A stretch of DNA of 64,000 nt, from contig CBDFGR010000002.1 of NCBI GenBank assembly GCA_965247115.1, positions 1,568,001 to 1,632,000 on the forward strand, read 5' to 3'. Origin of the DNA: Myxococcota bacterium (GTDB lineage Bacteria > Myxococcota_A > UBA9160 > SZUA-336). The translations under genes and the position numbers were made by a program. Shown one piece after another: positions 9,618-17,663 of this stretch (its first letter is position 1; each line of letters starts with the position of its first letter). The notes beneath the pieces were generated by a model that did not search any database, had not been told where the DNA came from, and was given only the letters and a program-made list of their open reading frames with translations.

Positions 9618-11156
9618 GTGTCACTCACGCTCGAGACACGCTACGGATGGGTTCGCGCTGCGGCCGAGCGCGGCGTACAGACGTACCGCGGGATCCCGTA
9701 CGCACGACCTCTCCTCGGCCCACTTCGACATCGTCCACCGCTGCCACCGGAGCCCTGGGAAGGCGTTCGGGAGTGTCGGGAGTTCGGGGCCGCGGCCCCG
9801 CAGAATCCGCCGAAGATCCCCTCACTGTTCGAAGGCGCAGCCCCGCGCTGGAGCGACGACTGCCTCAGCCTGAACATCTCGACTCCGGGTCTGGACGGAG
9901 AACCGAAGCCTGTGCTGGTCTGGATTCACGGCGGAGACTTCGTCGAGGGCTCGGCCTCCAAACCCGGACTTACCGGCCGTGCACTCGCGCGCCGGGGAGA
10001 CATAGTCGTGGTCACGATCCAGTACCGACTGGGCGCCCTGGGGTTTCTGGATCTGGCTGCCGCGGAGCCGGCTGCCGCGGAGCCGGGTGCCGCCGAATCC
10101 GGCGCCGGATCCGCGAACCTGGGGCTGCTGGATCAGGTCGCGGCACTCGAGTGGGTGAACAGCGAGATCGACGCCTTCGGCGGTGATCCCGCAAACGTCA
10201 CCGTATTCGGCAGCGGCGCCGGGGCAGGCTGCGCCGCCGCGCTGCTTGCGATGCCGCGGGCCCGCAGGCTGTTCCAGCGCGCCATCCTGCAGAGTCCGGT
10301 ACTGCACGTCTGGGATCGCGAGGCGTCCAGTGAGATCGCCCGCAGCTTGCTCGCGGAGCTCGGAGTCTCCGCGGCAGGCCTGGCCGGAATCCCGACCGAT
10401 CAGCTGCTGGCAGCCCAGCAGCGCGTGGAACAGCGACTCGGCGGCAACGCGGACGGGTGGGTGTTCCGTCCCAGCGTGGACGGAGAGACGCTGCCGTCCG
10501 CCCCCCTCGCGGCGATTGGCGCCGGCGAGGCACGAGAGCGCGAGCTCATCGTCGGCACCAACCTGGACGAGGCGCGCATTGCATGCGTCGAGGATCCCTC
10601 CGAGCTCGGCCTGAGCGAGGCAGAGCTCCAGAGGCGCTGCCTCACCCTTGCGCCCGACGAAGCGAGCGCCCGGCTCGCCATCGCGACATATCGCGGGGCC
10701 CGGCTCGGCGCCGCGGCGAGCCCGAGCTCAGTCTGGTCGGCGATCGAGTCCGACCGCCTGTTCCGCTACCCCGCTGCGCAGCTCGCCGAGGCGCAGGCGG
10801 GCACTGGCACACGCGTGTTCGCCTATCTCTTCAGCTGGCCCTCGCCGGTGGGAGGAGGTGCGCTGGGCGCCTTTCACGGGCTTGAGGTTCCCTTCGTCTT
10901 CGGCACGCGCCGCCATCACGCTCTGCGCCGCTTTGTTGGCGGTGGCGACGAGGCCAAACAGCTCTCCCACAGGATGAGCGACGCGTGGATCGGCTTCGCG
11001 CACGCGGGCGAGCCGAGCTGCCCCGGTCTCGGACGCTGGCCTGCCTACGTCGCTCCCGAGCGCCGCACGCTCGTGCTCGGCAGCAAGCCCGAGGTAATCG
11101 GCGCTCCCATGGAAGCGGAGCGCGCTCTGTGGGATCGACTCCGGTCCATCCGGTGA
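9618..11156 (+). CDS. Type-B carboxylesterase/lipase family protein with an atypical nucleophile elbow
   Basis: Motifs YRGIPYA.P, DDCLSLNI.TP, WIHGG, QYRLGALGFL, NLGLLDQVAALEWV, FGGDPANVT. GESAG is replaced by GSGAG. Confidence 0.9.
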   Translation: MSLTLETRYGWVRAAAERGVQTYRGIPYARPLLGPLRHRPPLPPEPWEGVRECREFGAAAPQNPPKIPSLFEGAAPRWSDDCLSLNISTPGLDGEPKPVLVWIHGGDFVEGSASKPGLTGRALARRGDIVVVTIQYRLGALGFLDLAAAEPAAAEPGAAESGAGSANLGLLDQVAALEWVNSEIDAFGGDPANVTVFGSGAGAGCAAALLAMPRARRLFQRAILQSPVLHVWDREASSEIARSLLAELGVSAAGLAGIPTDQLLAAQQRVEQRLGGNADGWVFRPSVDGETLPSAPLAAIGAGEARERELIVGTNLDEARIACVEDPSELGLSEAELQRRCLTLAPDEASARLAIATYRGARLGAAASPSSVWSAIESDRLFRYPAAQLAEAQAGTGTRVFAYLFSWPSPVGGGALGAFHGLEVPFVFGTRRHHALRRFVGGGDEAKQLSHRMSDAWIGFAHAGEPSCPGLGRWPAYVAPERRTLVLGSKPEVIGAPMEAERALWDRLRSIR

Positions 11157-11509
11157 TGTGGATCTGGATCGCAGCCCTCTCCGGCGCGCTTGGCGTGGCC
11201 GCGGGCGCCCTGGGATCTCACAGCCTGGAGACGCGTCTCAGTCCAGCCATGCTGTCCGCCTGGAACACGGCCGTGCTGTACCACCTGCTGCACAGCGTGG
11301 TCCTGCTGGCGCTGGGCCTCTTCACCATCTCCACGCAACGCGACGTGCGTCTGCCCGCGACCCTGTTCAGCGCGGGCGTGTTGCTCTTCTCGGGCTCGCT
11401 CTACGCTCTTGCCCTGTCAGCACCGAGCGCACTCGGTCCGCTCACCCCGCTCGGTGGGCTGTGCCTGATCATGGGCTGGCTGTCGCTCCTGTCCCTCCTG
11501 CGACGCTGA
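11156..11509 (+). CDS. DUF423 (YgdD/TMEM256) family membrane protein
   Basis: Motifs GALGSH, TAVLYHLLH, LFSGSLY.LAL, TPLGG...I.GW. TGATG coupling to the upstream gene. Confidence 0.9.
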   Translation: MWIWIAALSGALGVAAGALGSHSLETRLSPAMLSAWNTAVLYHLLHSVVLLALGLFTISTQRDVRLPATLFSAGVLLFSGSLYALALSAPSALGPLTPLGGLCLIMGWLSLLSLLRR

Positions 11510-11566
11510 CACCCACGAAGCCCTTCGTCGCATCCGGAGCCTGGACGTCCTCCGACGTCCTCCAAC

Positions 11567-13246
11567 CTACTCCGTAACCGCACCCAGCGAAGCACTCGAC
11601 ACCAGCTTTGCGTACTTGGCGAGCACGCCCCTGCGGTAGTGCGGCTCAGGCGCGGTCCAGGCGCTGCGCCGTCTCTCGATCTCCGCGGCGTCGACGTTGA
11701 GCTCGAGGATCCGTTTCTTGGCGTCTATGGTGACACTGTCACTCTCGTGGACCAGAGCGAGAGGGCCACCCACCTGGGCTTCTGGCGCTACGTGTCCCAC
11801 AACCATGCCGTAGGTGCCGCCCGAGAAGCGGCCGTCGGTGATCAGCCCGACCGATTCCCCGAGGCCCTTGCCGATGAGGGCGCTCGTCGGCGTGAGCATC
11901 TCGCGCATGCCGGGTCCCCCCTTCGGGCCTTCGTAGCGGATCACGAGCACATCGCCCGGACGAATTCGATCCTCCATGATCGCGTCCATACACGCCTCCT
12001 CGGAGTCGAAGACACGAGCGGGCCCGGTGATGGAAAGGGACTTCAGCCCGCTGATCTTCGCGACTGCGCCGTCTGGCGCGAGGTTGCCCCGCATGATGGC
12101 GAGGTGCCCTTCCCCGTAGATGGGGCGGTCGAGCGGGTGCACGACGCCCTGTCCGGAAGGCGGGACCGCCGACACATCGGCCAGGTTCTCCGCGATCGTC
12201 TTCCCCGTCGCCGTCAAGCAGTCCCCGTGCAGCAGGTCCGCTTCGAGCAGCATCTTCATGATCAACGGGATTCCGCCGACCGCGTGCAGATCCGTCGCCA
12301 CGTACTTGCCGGACGGCTTCATGTTCGCGATCACCGGGACACGCTCGCGGATCCGCTCGAAGTCGTCGAGCTCGAGCTTCACATCGCTGGCGTGCGCGAT
12401 CGCCAGCAGGTGCAGAACCGCGTTGGTAGAGCCGCCGGTCGCCATCACAACGCTGATGGCGTTCTCGAAGGCTTGCCTCGTCATGATCTCTCGAGGCCGC
12501 AAGTCGCGTTTGACGAGCTCCAGCAGCGCAAGCCCGCTCAGCCTCGCGCTCTCGCGCTTCTCGGCGTCCTCGGCTGCCATGGTGGACGAGCCCGGCAGGC
12601 TCATGCCCATAGCCTCGATGGCGCTGCTCATGGTGTTCGCGGTGAACATCCCACCGCACGAGCCCTTGCCGGGACAGGCACGTCGCTCGATCTCCAAAAA
12701 GTCCGCGTCACTGAGCGCACCCGCACCGTGCTCTCCGACGGCCTCGAAGACACTCACAACCGTGAGGTCGCGGCCCGCGTAGTGCCCGGGCTTGATCGTT
12801 CCGCCGTAGACGAAGAGCGCGGGGATGTCCAGGCGCCCGATCGCGATCAAGGCACCCGGCATGTTCTTGTCGCAGCCGCCGACCGCCAGGACGCCGTCCA
12901 TGCACTGTCCCCGACACACCGTCTCGATCGAGTCGGCGATGACCTCCCGACTGACGAGGGAGCACTTCATGCCCTCGGTCCCCATCGAGATGCCGTCGCT
13001 GACTGTGATCGTGCCGAAGGTCTGAGGCATGCCTCCAGCGGACCGGATCGCCGCGGCCCCCTCAGCCGAGAGCTCTCCAAGGCCTGCATTGCAGGGCGTG
13101 ATGTCGCTCTGCGCGCTGGCCACACCCACGATGGGTTTGCCGAAATCTCCGTCCGTGAAACCCACCGCTCGCAACATGGCGCGGTTCGGCGCTCGGTTTT
13201 CTCCCTCGGTGATCAGCTTGCTGCGCGAGTTCAGATCCTTGCTCAT
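11567..13246 (-). CDS. ilvD: Dihydroxy-acid dehydratase
   Basis: Motifs [60 protein letters not shown]. Confidence 0.97.
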   Translation of the reverse strand: MSKDLNSRSKLITEGENRAPNRAMLRAVGFTDGDFGKPIVGVASAQSDITPCNAGLGELSAEGAAAIRSAGGMPQTFGTITVSDGISMGTEGMKCSLVSREVIADSIETVCRGQCMDGVLAVGGCDKNMPGALIAIGRLDIPALFVYGGTIKPGHYAGRDLTVVSVFEAVGEHGAGALSDADFLEIERRACPGKGSCGGMFTANTMSSAIEAMGMSLPGSSTMAAEDAEKRESARLSGLALLELVKRDLRPREIMTRQAFENAISVVMATGGSTNAVLHLLAIAHASDVKLELDDFERIRERVPVIANMKPSGKYVATDLHAVGGIPLIMKMLLEADLLHGDCLTATGKTIAENLADVSAVPPSGQGVVHPLDRPIYGEGHLAIMRGNLAPDGAVAKISGLKSLSITGPARVFDSEEACMDAIMEDRIRPGDVLVIRYEGPKGGPGMREMLTPTSALIGKGLGESVGLITDGRFSGGTYGMVVGHVAPEAQVGGPLALVHESDSVTIDAKKRILELNVDAAEIERRRSAWTAPEPHYRRGVLAKYAKLVSSASLGAVTE

Positions 13247-13256
13247 AGCCCCTATT

Positions 13257-14585
13257 CTACCCAGCTCTGGACTGACGGTGGCTACCGGGTCCCGGTTCGC
13301 GTCGTCCGCACCAGGCGCAGAAGCGCCAGAACTCGCTAGGCACCGGCCAGCGACAACGCGGGCAGCGGGCGGGAAGCTCCGGGTGGCTCCACAGGCGGGC
13401 CGGCTTCTGCTTGCAGACCGGGCAGTAGCGCATGAAGGGCCGCAGCTGTCCGTCGCAGCCGCGACGGCTACAGGCTCGCGTGGCCCTCGGATCCCGGCGC
13501 GGCTGCCGGCCGCTGCCCTCGAAGCGTCCAGCGAAGCACCACGGACACGCGGTCCAGTCCGCCTGGACGCCGCGCTCGCACCAGGGACAGATCAGTCCCG
13601 CGGGGGTGATCTCCGCGAACGAGTTCTCGCCGCTTCCGCACCAGGGGCAGAACGGCATCTCCTCGGCCATGGCACCGTCGCAGCGATGGCAGCGATATCT
13701 CATGCGCAGCGAGCTGCCGTGCAGCCTGCGGAAGAGCTCCGCCTGCACCACCAGGGGAGAGGGTGCGGGAGCGGGGGCCCGTCGTCGCTTGCGCGGCCGG
13801 ACGGGCGATACCGCGCGCTCGGCCTTCTCGAGCGCGCGCTGAAACGCGATCGCGTCCGCGTAGCGACGGCGCGGCTCGAACTCGGAGGCCTTGCGGAGTA
13901 CGGACATCAGGGGCTTGGGCACCCTTGACACAAAGCGCCTGTAGCCCGGAGGCGGCCATTCGAAGGGCCAGCTCAACAGCTTTCCGCCGAGCAGCTCATA
14001 GGCGATCAGGCCCAGGGAGAAGACGTCCGAGGAGAGGGTCGGTCGGCCGTACGCTTGCTCCGGAGCCATGTACCCGAGCGTGCCCGCCTCGGTCAGCGAC
14101 CGCTCCGGACCGGCGAAGCGGGAGACGCCGAAGTCTCCCAGTGCCGCGCGGCCGTCTGCGAAGATCATGACGTTCTCGGGCTTCACGTCGCGATGCATCA
14201 GCCGACGCTCGTGGGCGTAGGCCAGACCGGCCGCCACGTCGCGCACTACGCGCAGTGCCACGCGTCCAGAGCGCCGCGCGCCCGCATAGGTCGCCAGCGA
14301 GGTTCTCGCGAGCTCGGTGACCAGGACGAAGTGTCCCTCCATCCAGTCTGCATTGCGGATGGCAACGATGTTCGGGTGGGAGAGACGGCTCGCGATGCGC
14401 GCTTCGCGCTCGATCTCGGCGCGGCCATGCTGACCGACAACGGCAGACTGAATGATCTTGAGCGCGACACGACGCTGCTCGATGCTGTCGCGCGCCGCCC
14501 AGACGTCCGCCGCGGAGCCCCTTCCGATCCGCCGCTCGAGACGATACTTGCCGAGGCGGACCCCCTTGCGCAGTACCGCGGGCAT
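13257..14585 (-). CDS. Hanks-type Ser/Thr protein kinase with C-terminal multiple zinc ribbons
   Basis: [34 protein letters not shown]. The C-terminal part has eight CxxC-type pairs. Confidence 0.92.
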   Translation of the reverse strand: MPAVLRKGVRLGKYRLERRIGRGSAADVWAARDSIEQRRVALKIIQSAVVGQHGRAEIEREARIASRLSHPNIVAIRNADWMEGHFVLVTELARTSLATYAGARRSGRVALRVVRDVAAGLAYAHERRLMHRDVKPENVMIFADGRAALGDFGVSRFAGPERSLTEAGTLGYMAPEQAYGRPTLSSDVFSLGLIAYELLGGKLLSWPFEWPPPGYRRFVSRVPKPLMSVLRKASEFEPRRRYADAIAFQRALEKAERAVSPVRPRKRRRAPAPAPSPLVVQAELFRRLHGSSLRMRYRCHRCDGAMAEEMPFCPWCGSGENSFAEITPAGLICPWCERGVQADWTACPWCFAGRFEGSGRQPRRDPRATRACSRRGCDGQLRPFMRYCPVCKQKPARLWSHPELPARCPRCRWPVPSEFWRFCAWCGRREPGPGSHRQSRAG

Positions 14586-14619
14586 GCGCCTCCTTACCAA
14601 CTGGCCCGGTCCGCGCCGA

Positions 14620-15099
14620 TCAGGCGTAAATCAGCCGCGTGAGAAACTCGGCTACGCAGGCCGGCTTCGGCTCACCTTCGATCTCGACGCTGACCTTCTG
14701 TTTGAGCTGCAGCGTGTTGGGCGCGACCTCGTCGGCCGAGACGAGCTCCCTGCTGGCCCGGACCCGGGAGTCCACCTTGACGGGGAAGGGGAAGCGGACG
14801 CGGTCGAGCCCGTAGTTCACACCCATGACCATCCCCGCGTAGGCCTCAGGAGCCGCATTGGGGACACTCTGCTGGAGAAAGGGCAGCAGCGAGAGGGTCA
14901 GAAAGCCGTGAGCGATCGGAACCTTGTACGGCGACAGCTGCGCACACTTCTCGGGGTCGACATGGATGAACTGGTGGTCGCCGGTGGCATCGGCAAACAG
15001 GTTGATCTGACTCTGATCCACCACGTGCCACTCGCCCGGACCTTCGATTTCGCCGACACGGGCCTGGAAGCGCTCCGACGCCTGCTCGAGCTTACTCAC
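14620..15099 (-). CDS. MaoC family dehydratase
   Basis: Motifs FADATGDHQFIHVDPE, IAHGFLTLSL, NYGLDRVRF. GGAGG RBS before GTG at 15099. Confidence 0.92.
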   Translation of the reverse strand: MSKLEQASERFQARVGEIEGPGEWHVVDQSQINLFADATGDHQFIHVDPEKCAQLSPYKVPIAHGFLTLSLLPFLQQSVPNAAPEAYAGMVMGVNYGLDRVRFPFPVKVDSRVRASRELVSADEVAPNTLQLKQKVSVEIEGEPKPACVAEFLTRLIYA

Positions 15100-15119
15100 T
15101 GGGTTCCTCCTCTGGCCGT

Positions 15120-15210
15120 GTCTTGTGGGACCCGGCCGCGGGCGGCCGCGGCCACCCACCTCCGCTCAGGCCTTCGGCCTTCGCTGCGCGCGCGCATTCG
15201 CGCGCTTGCA
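15120..15210 (+). repeat. Family B palindromic repeat copy
   Basis: Matches the 8151 unit, with compensatory changes in its hairpins. Confidence 0.88.
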
Positions 15211-15305
15211 GGGTGGTCCTGGGTCATCACCAGAGAAGGTTAACCACGAGGATGGGTGTGGTGCCAGCCTGGCCCCAACTTGGCGCTAGCGGGTATGCTC
15301 GGGAC

Positions 15306-15659
15306 ATGGGTGCGCTTGTGCTTTATCACAACCCTCGCTGCTCGAAGAGTCGCGCTGCCCTGGCACTGCTCCAGGGACGTGGGGCCGCGTTCGAGCTGGT
15401 CGAGTATCTCGAGACGCCGCTGAGCCGGAAGGATCTGGAGAACCTTCAGCGCAAGCTCGGGTTGCCCCCCTCGCAGTGGGTTCGCCGCAAAGAGGAGGCG
15501 TTTCGTGAGGCTGGGCTGTCCGCCGAGAGTACGGAGGCCGAGATCCTCGACGCCATTGCTGCTCGCCCGATCCTGCTCGAGAGGCCCATTCTCGTGCGCG
15601 GCGAGCACGCCGCCATCGGTCGACCCACCGAGCGGCTGCTCGACCTCCTGGACGAGTAG
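15306..15659 (+). CDS. arsC: ArsC/Spx family arsenate reductase (glutaredoxin-type)
   Basis: Motifs YHNPRCSKSR and LLERPI. Confidence 0.88.
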   Translation: MGALVLYHNPRCSKSRAALALLQGRGAAFELVEYLETPLSRKDLENLQRKLGLPPSQWVRRKEEAFREAGLSAESTEAEILDAIAARPILLERPILVRGEHAAIGRPTERLLDLLDE

Positions 15660-15704
15660 TAGGATAGAAAAAAGCCAAGCGCGGTTCGGCGCGAGAGGAG
15701 CAAC

Positions 15705-16154
15705 ATGGACGAAGAGCGCGTCAAGGAGATCGTCAACGACATGAAGTTCTTCAGCGGGAAGGGCGAGATGGCGATCGACGAGATCGCGATGATCCAGCCC
15801 GGCCTCGCCCGGATCATGCCGGAGATCGGCAACCGTGCCTGGAAGCTCTACTACGCTGCCAAGGCCGAGAACTGGCCCAACGCGATGTACCAGTGGAAGG
15901 AGGCCAAGAAGCTGTTCGAGGTCGCAGCATACACGCGGCCCAAGTACGAGGAGGCGATCGAGGAGTATCTCCGCGACGACTGGGCGCTGCTGGAGGTCGC
16001 GATCGTAGACCAGAACCTCGAGAAGTTCCTCGAGAGTTTCGACCAGTGCGTGGACTCCGCCAACGCGTGGCACGAGAAGAAGGACAAGCCCTTCATCCGG
16101 TGGAAGGTCCCCGATCAGCCCCCTCCCGACCTCGACCTGACGCCGCGAAAGTAA
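15705..16154 (+). CDS. Hypothetical helical protein resembling a cytochrome c'-like bundle without CxxCH
   Basis: Strong GAGGAG RBS and typical codon usage. Motifs KLYYAAKAENWP.A.Y and ANAWH...PFI.W..P. Confidence 0.75.
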   Translation: MDEERVKEIVNDMKFFSGKGEMAIDEIAMIQPGLARIMPEIGNRAWKLYYAAKAENWPNAMYQWKEAKKLFEVAAYTRPKYEEAIEEYLRDDWALLEVAIVDQNLEKFLESFDQCVDSANAWHEKKDKPFIRWKVPDQPPPDLDLTPRK

Positions 16155-16157
16155 GGG

Positions 16158-17273
16158 CTAGACGAGCGAGCGCTGCCTCAGCTTGAGGCGCTCGTCGTAC
16201 GCACCACGCACGAGCTCGGCATCTCGGATGAAGTATTCGAGCTCCGAGAGCAGCAGCGCCTGAGGACCGTCGCAGAGCGCCTCCTCGGGCTTGGGGTGGA
16301 CGTCTACAAGGACCAGATTCGCTCCGGCAATGATGCCCTGCGCTGTCGCGTGGACGATGTCGAGCAACCCGTCGGGTGCGGTTTCGCGCTTTCCGACCGA
16401 GTGCGAGGGATCGATGCAGACCGGAAGCCGCGTGAGTCGCTTCACGACGGGCACGTGTGCGAAGTCGACGAAGTTGCGGTGGGGGTCGCCCAGGTTCGAC
16501 TTCATGCCTCGCAAGCAAAAGATGATCTTGTGGTTGCCCCCCGAGGCAACGTACTCGACCGCGTTCAGCGATTCCTCGAGCGTGATGCCCATCCCGCGCT
16601 TGAAGAGCACGGGGTAGTCCTGCTGCGAGCCGACGACCTTGAGCAGCTCGAAGTTCTGGGCGTTACGCGTGCCGATCTGCAGCATGACGCTGGTCGGCTG
16701 TCCGGCGGCCTGGAGCGCGTCGTGGATCTCGTCCACCTGCCCGGCGTGACAGACCTCCATGGAGATCACGCGGATCCCGTACTTGCCGGCGATGTCGAAC
16801 AAATAGGGGAGGCACTCCGCGCCGCGACCCTGGAAGTCGTAGGGACTCGTGCGCGGCTTGTAGGCACCGGCCCGCGTGGTTTCGATGCCGAGCTGGTGCA
16901 GCACACGGAACGTGGCCTCCACGCTCTCCGGGGTGTCCACGGCGCACAGTCCTGGGAAGACGTGGAAGCTCTCCTGGCTGAAGTGGACGCCGTTGTGCTC
17001 GAAGCCGACGGCCTCGCCCTGTCCTTCGTGACGCCCGATCGAGCGGTAGCGCACGCGGATCCGGATCACGCGCTCGACCGCAGAGAACTCGTCGAATTGC
17101 TCCTCCGAGACAGACCCGGTCGAGCCAAGCAGGTAGACCTCGGTCAGCGCGCGTGTCGCACCCTGGATCGCACGTACCTCCGTACGCACGTCTGGGTAGC
17201 TCTCCGCCATCCGCACGACCCGGTGCACTTCTTCCGAGTCCGGGAGAACGTCCGATTTCATCACGATGATCAT
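16158..17273 (-). CDS. aroF: 3-deoxy-7-phosphoheptulonate (DAHP) synthase, class I-beta with N-terminal regulatory domain
   Basis: Motifs GLCAVD, RAGAYKPRTSPYDFQG, QIGTRNAQNFELL, KRG, DPSHS.G, ALCDGPQAL. Confidence 0.93.
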   Translation of the reverse strand: MIIVMKSDVLPDSEEVHRVVRMAESYPDVRTEVRAIQGATRALTEVYLLGSTGSVSEEQFDEFSAVERVIRIRVRYRSIGRHEGQGEAVGFEHNGVHFSQESFHVFPGLCAVDTPESVEATFRVLHQLGIETTRAGAYKPRTSPYDFQGRGAECLPYLFDIAGKYGIRVISMEVCHAGQVDEIHDALQAAGQPTSVMLQIGTRNAQNFELLKVVGSQQDYPVLFKRGMGITLEESLNAVEYVASGGNHKIIFCLRGMKSNLGDPHRNFVDFAHVPVVKRLTRLPVCIDPSHSVGKRETAPDGLLDIVHATAQGIIAGANLVLVDVHPKPEEALCDGPQALLLSELEYFIRDAELVRGAYDERLKLRQRSLV

Positions 17274-17396
17274 GGCTCGCGAAATATATCCGCTTTCAGG
17301 AGCCGCGTCTCTTCGCGCCGCGTCTTTGCGCAGTCCGCCCAGATCGGACTCTGACGATATCCCGTCAACGGGGGAGCAGGTCTGCCGGGATTCCGT

Positions 17397-17411
17397 CGGT
17401 AATATCTGCCG
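17397..17411. promoter_or_regulatory. Candidate enhancer (UAS) for a sigma54 activator
   Basis: CGGTA-N5-TGCCG imperfect palindrome centred about 83 bp upstream of the -24 GG. A similar site with similar spacing lies upstream of flgB. Confidence 0.45.
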
Positions 17412-17485
17412 GGCGGAAAGTCCCGCCTGGCTCGAGCGTGTCCACCGGCGCTGCTCCGTGCCCACCCCGGACCCACGCCGCGCGG

Positions 17486-17501
17486 AGGCACACGGGTTGC
17501 A
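17486..17501 (+). promoter_or_regulatory. Sigma54 (-24/-12) promoter for the TPR/activator genes
   Basis: AGGCAC-ACGGG-TTGCA matches GGCAC-N5-TTGC. Confidence 0.7.
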
Positions 17502-17562
17502 GTGCGCGACGCCGTGTTGTGTCCCGGTTCCAAGTTGCCCCCCCTCGCGGGACCCGGTACCT

Positions 17563-17663
17563 GTCTTGCGGGACTGGGCCCGCGGGCGGCCGGGGGCTAC
17601 CCGCCTCCCCGGAGACCTAGGGCCTTCGCTCTTCGCGCTGCCATCGGGGCGTTTGCGGGGGGT
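17563..17663 (+). repeat. Divergent family A/B-type repeat copy
   Basis: GTCTTGCGGGACTGGGCCCGCGGGCGGCCG...CCTTCGCT...TTGCGGGGGTC shares its ends and core with families A and B. Confidence 0.7.

Noticed and set aside
11639..13339. Long antisense or alternate-frame ORFs (also 42550-44112, 42968-44998, 47020-48573, 49742-51220, 54112-55446)
   Set aside because: They overlap well-supported genes and are the shadow ORFs expected in high-GC DNA.
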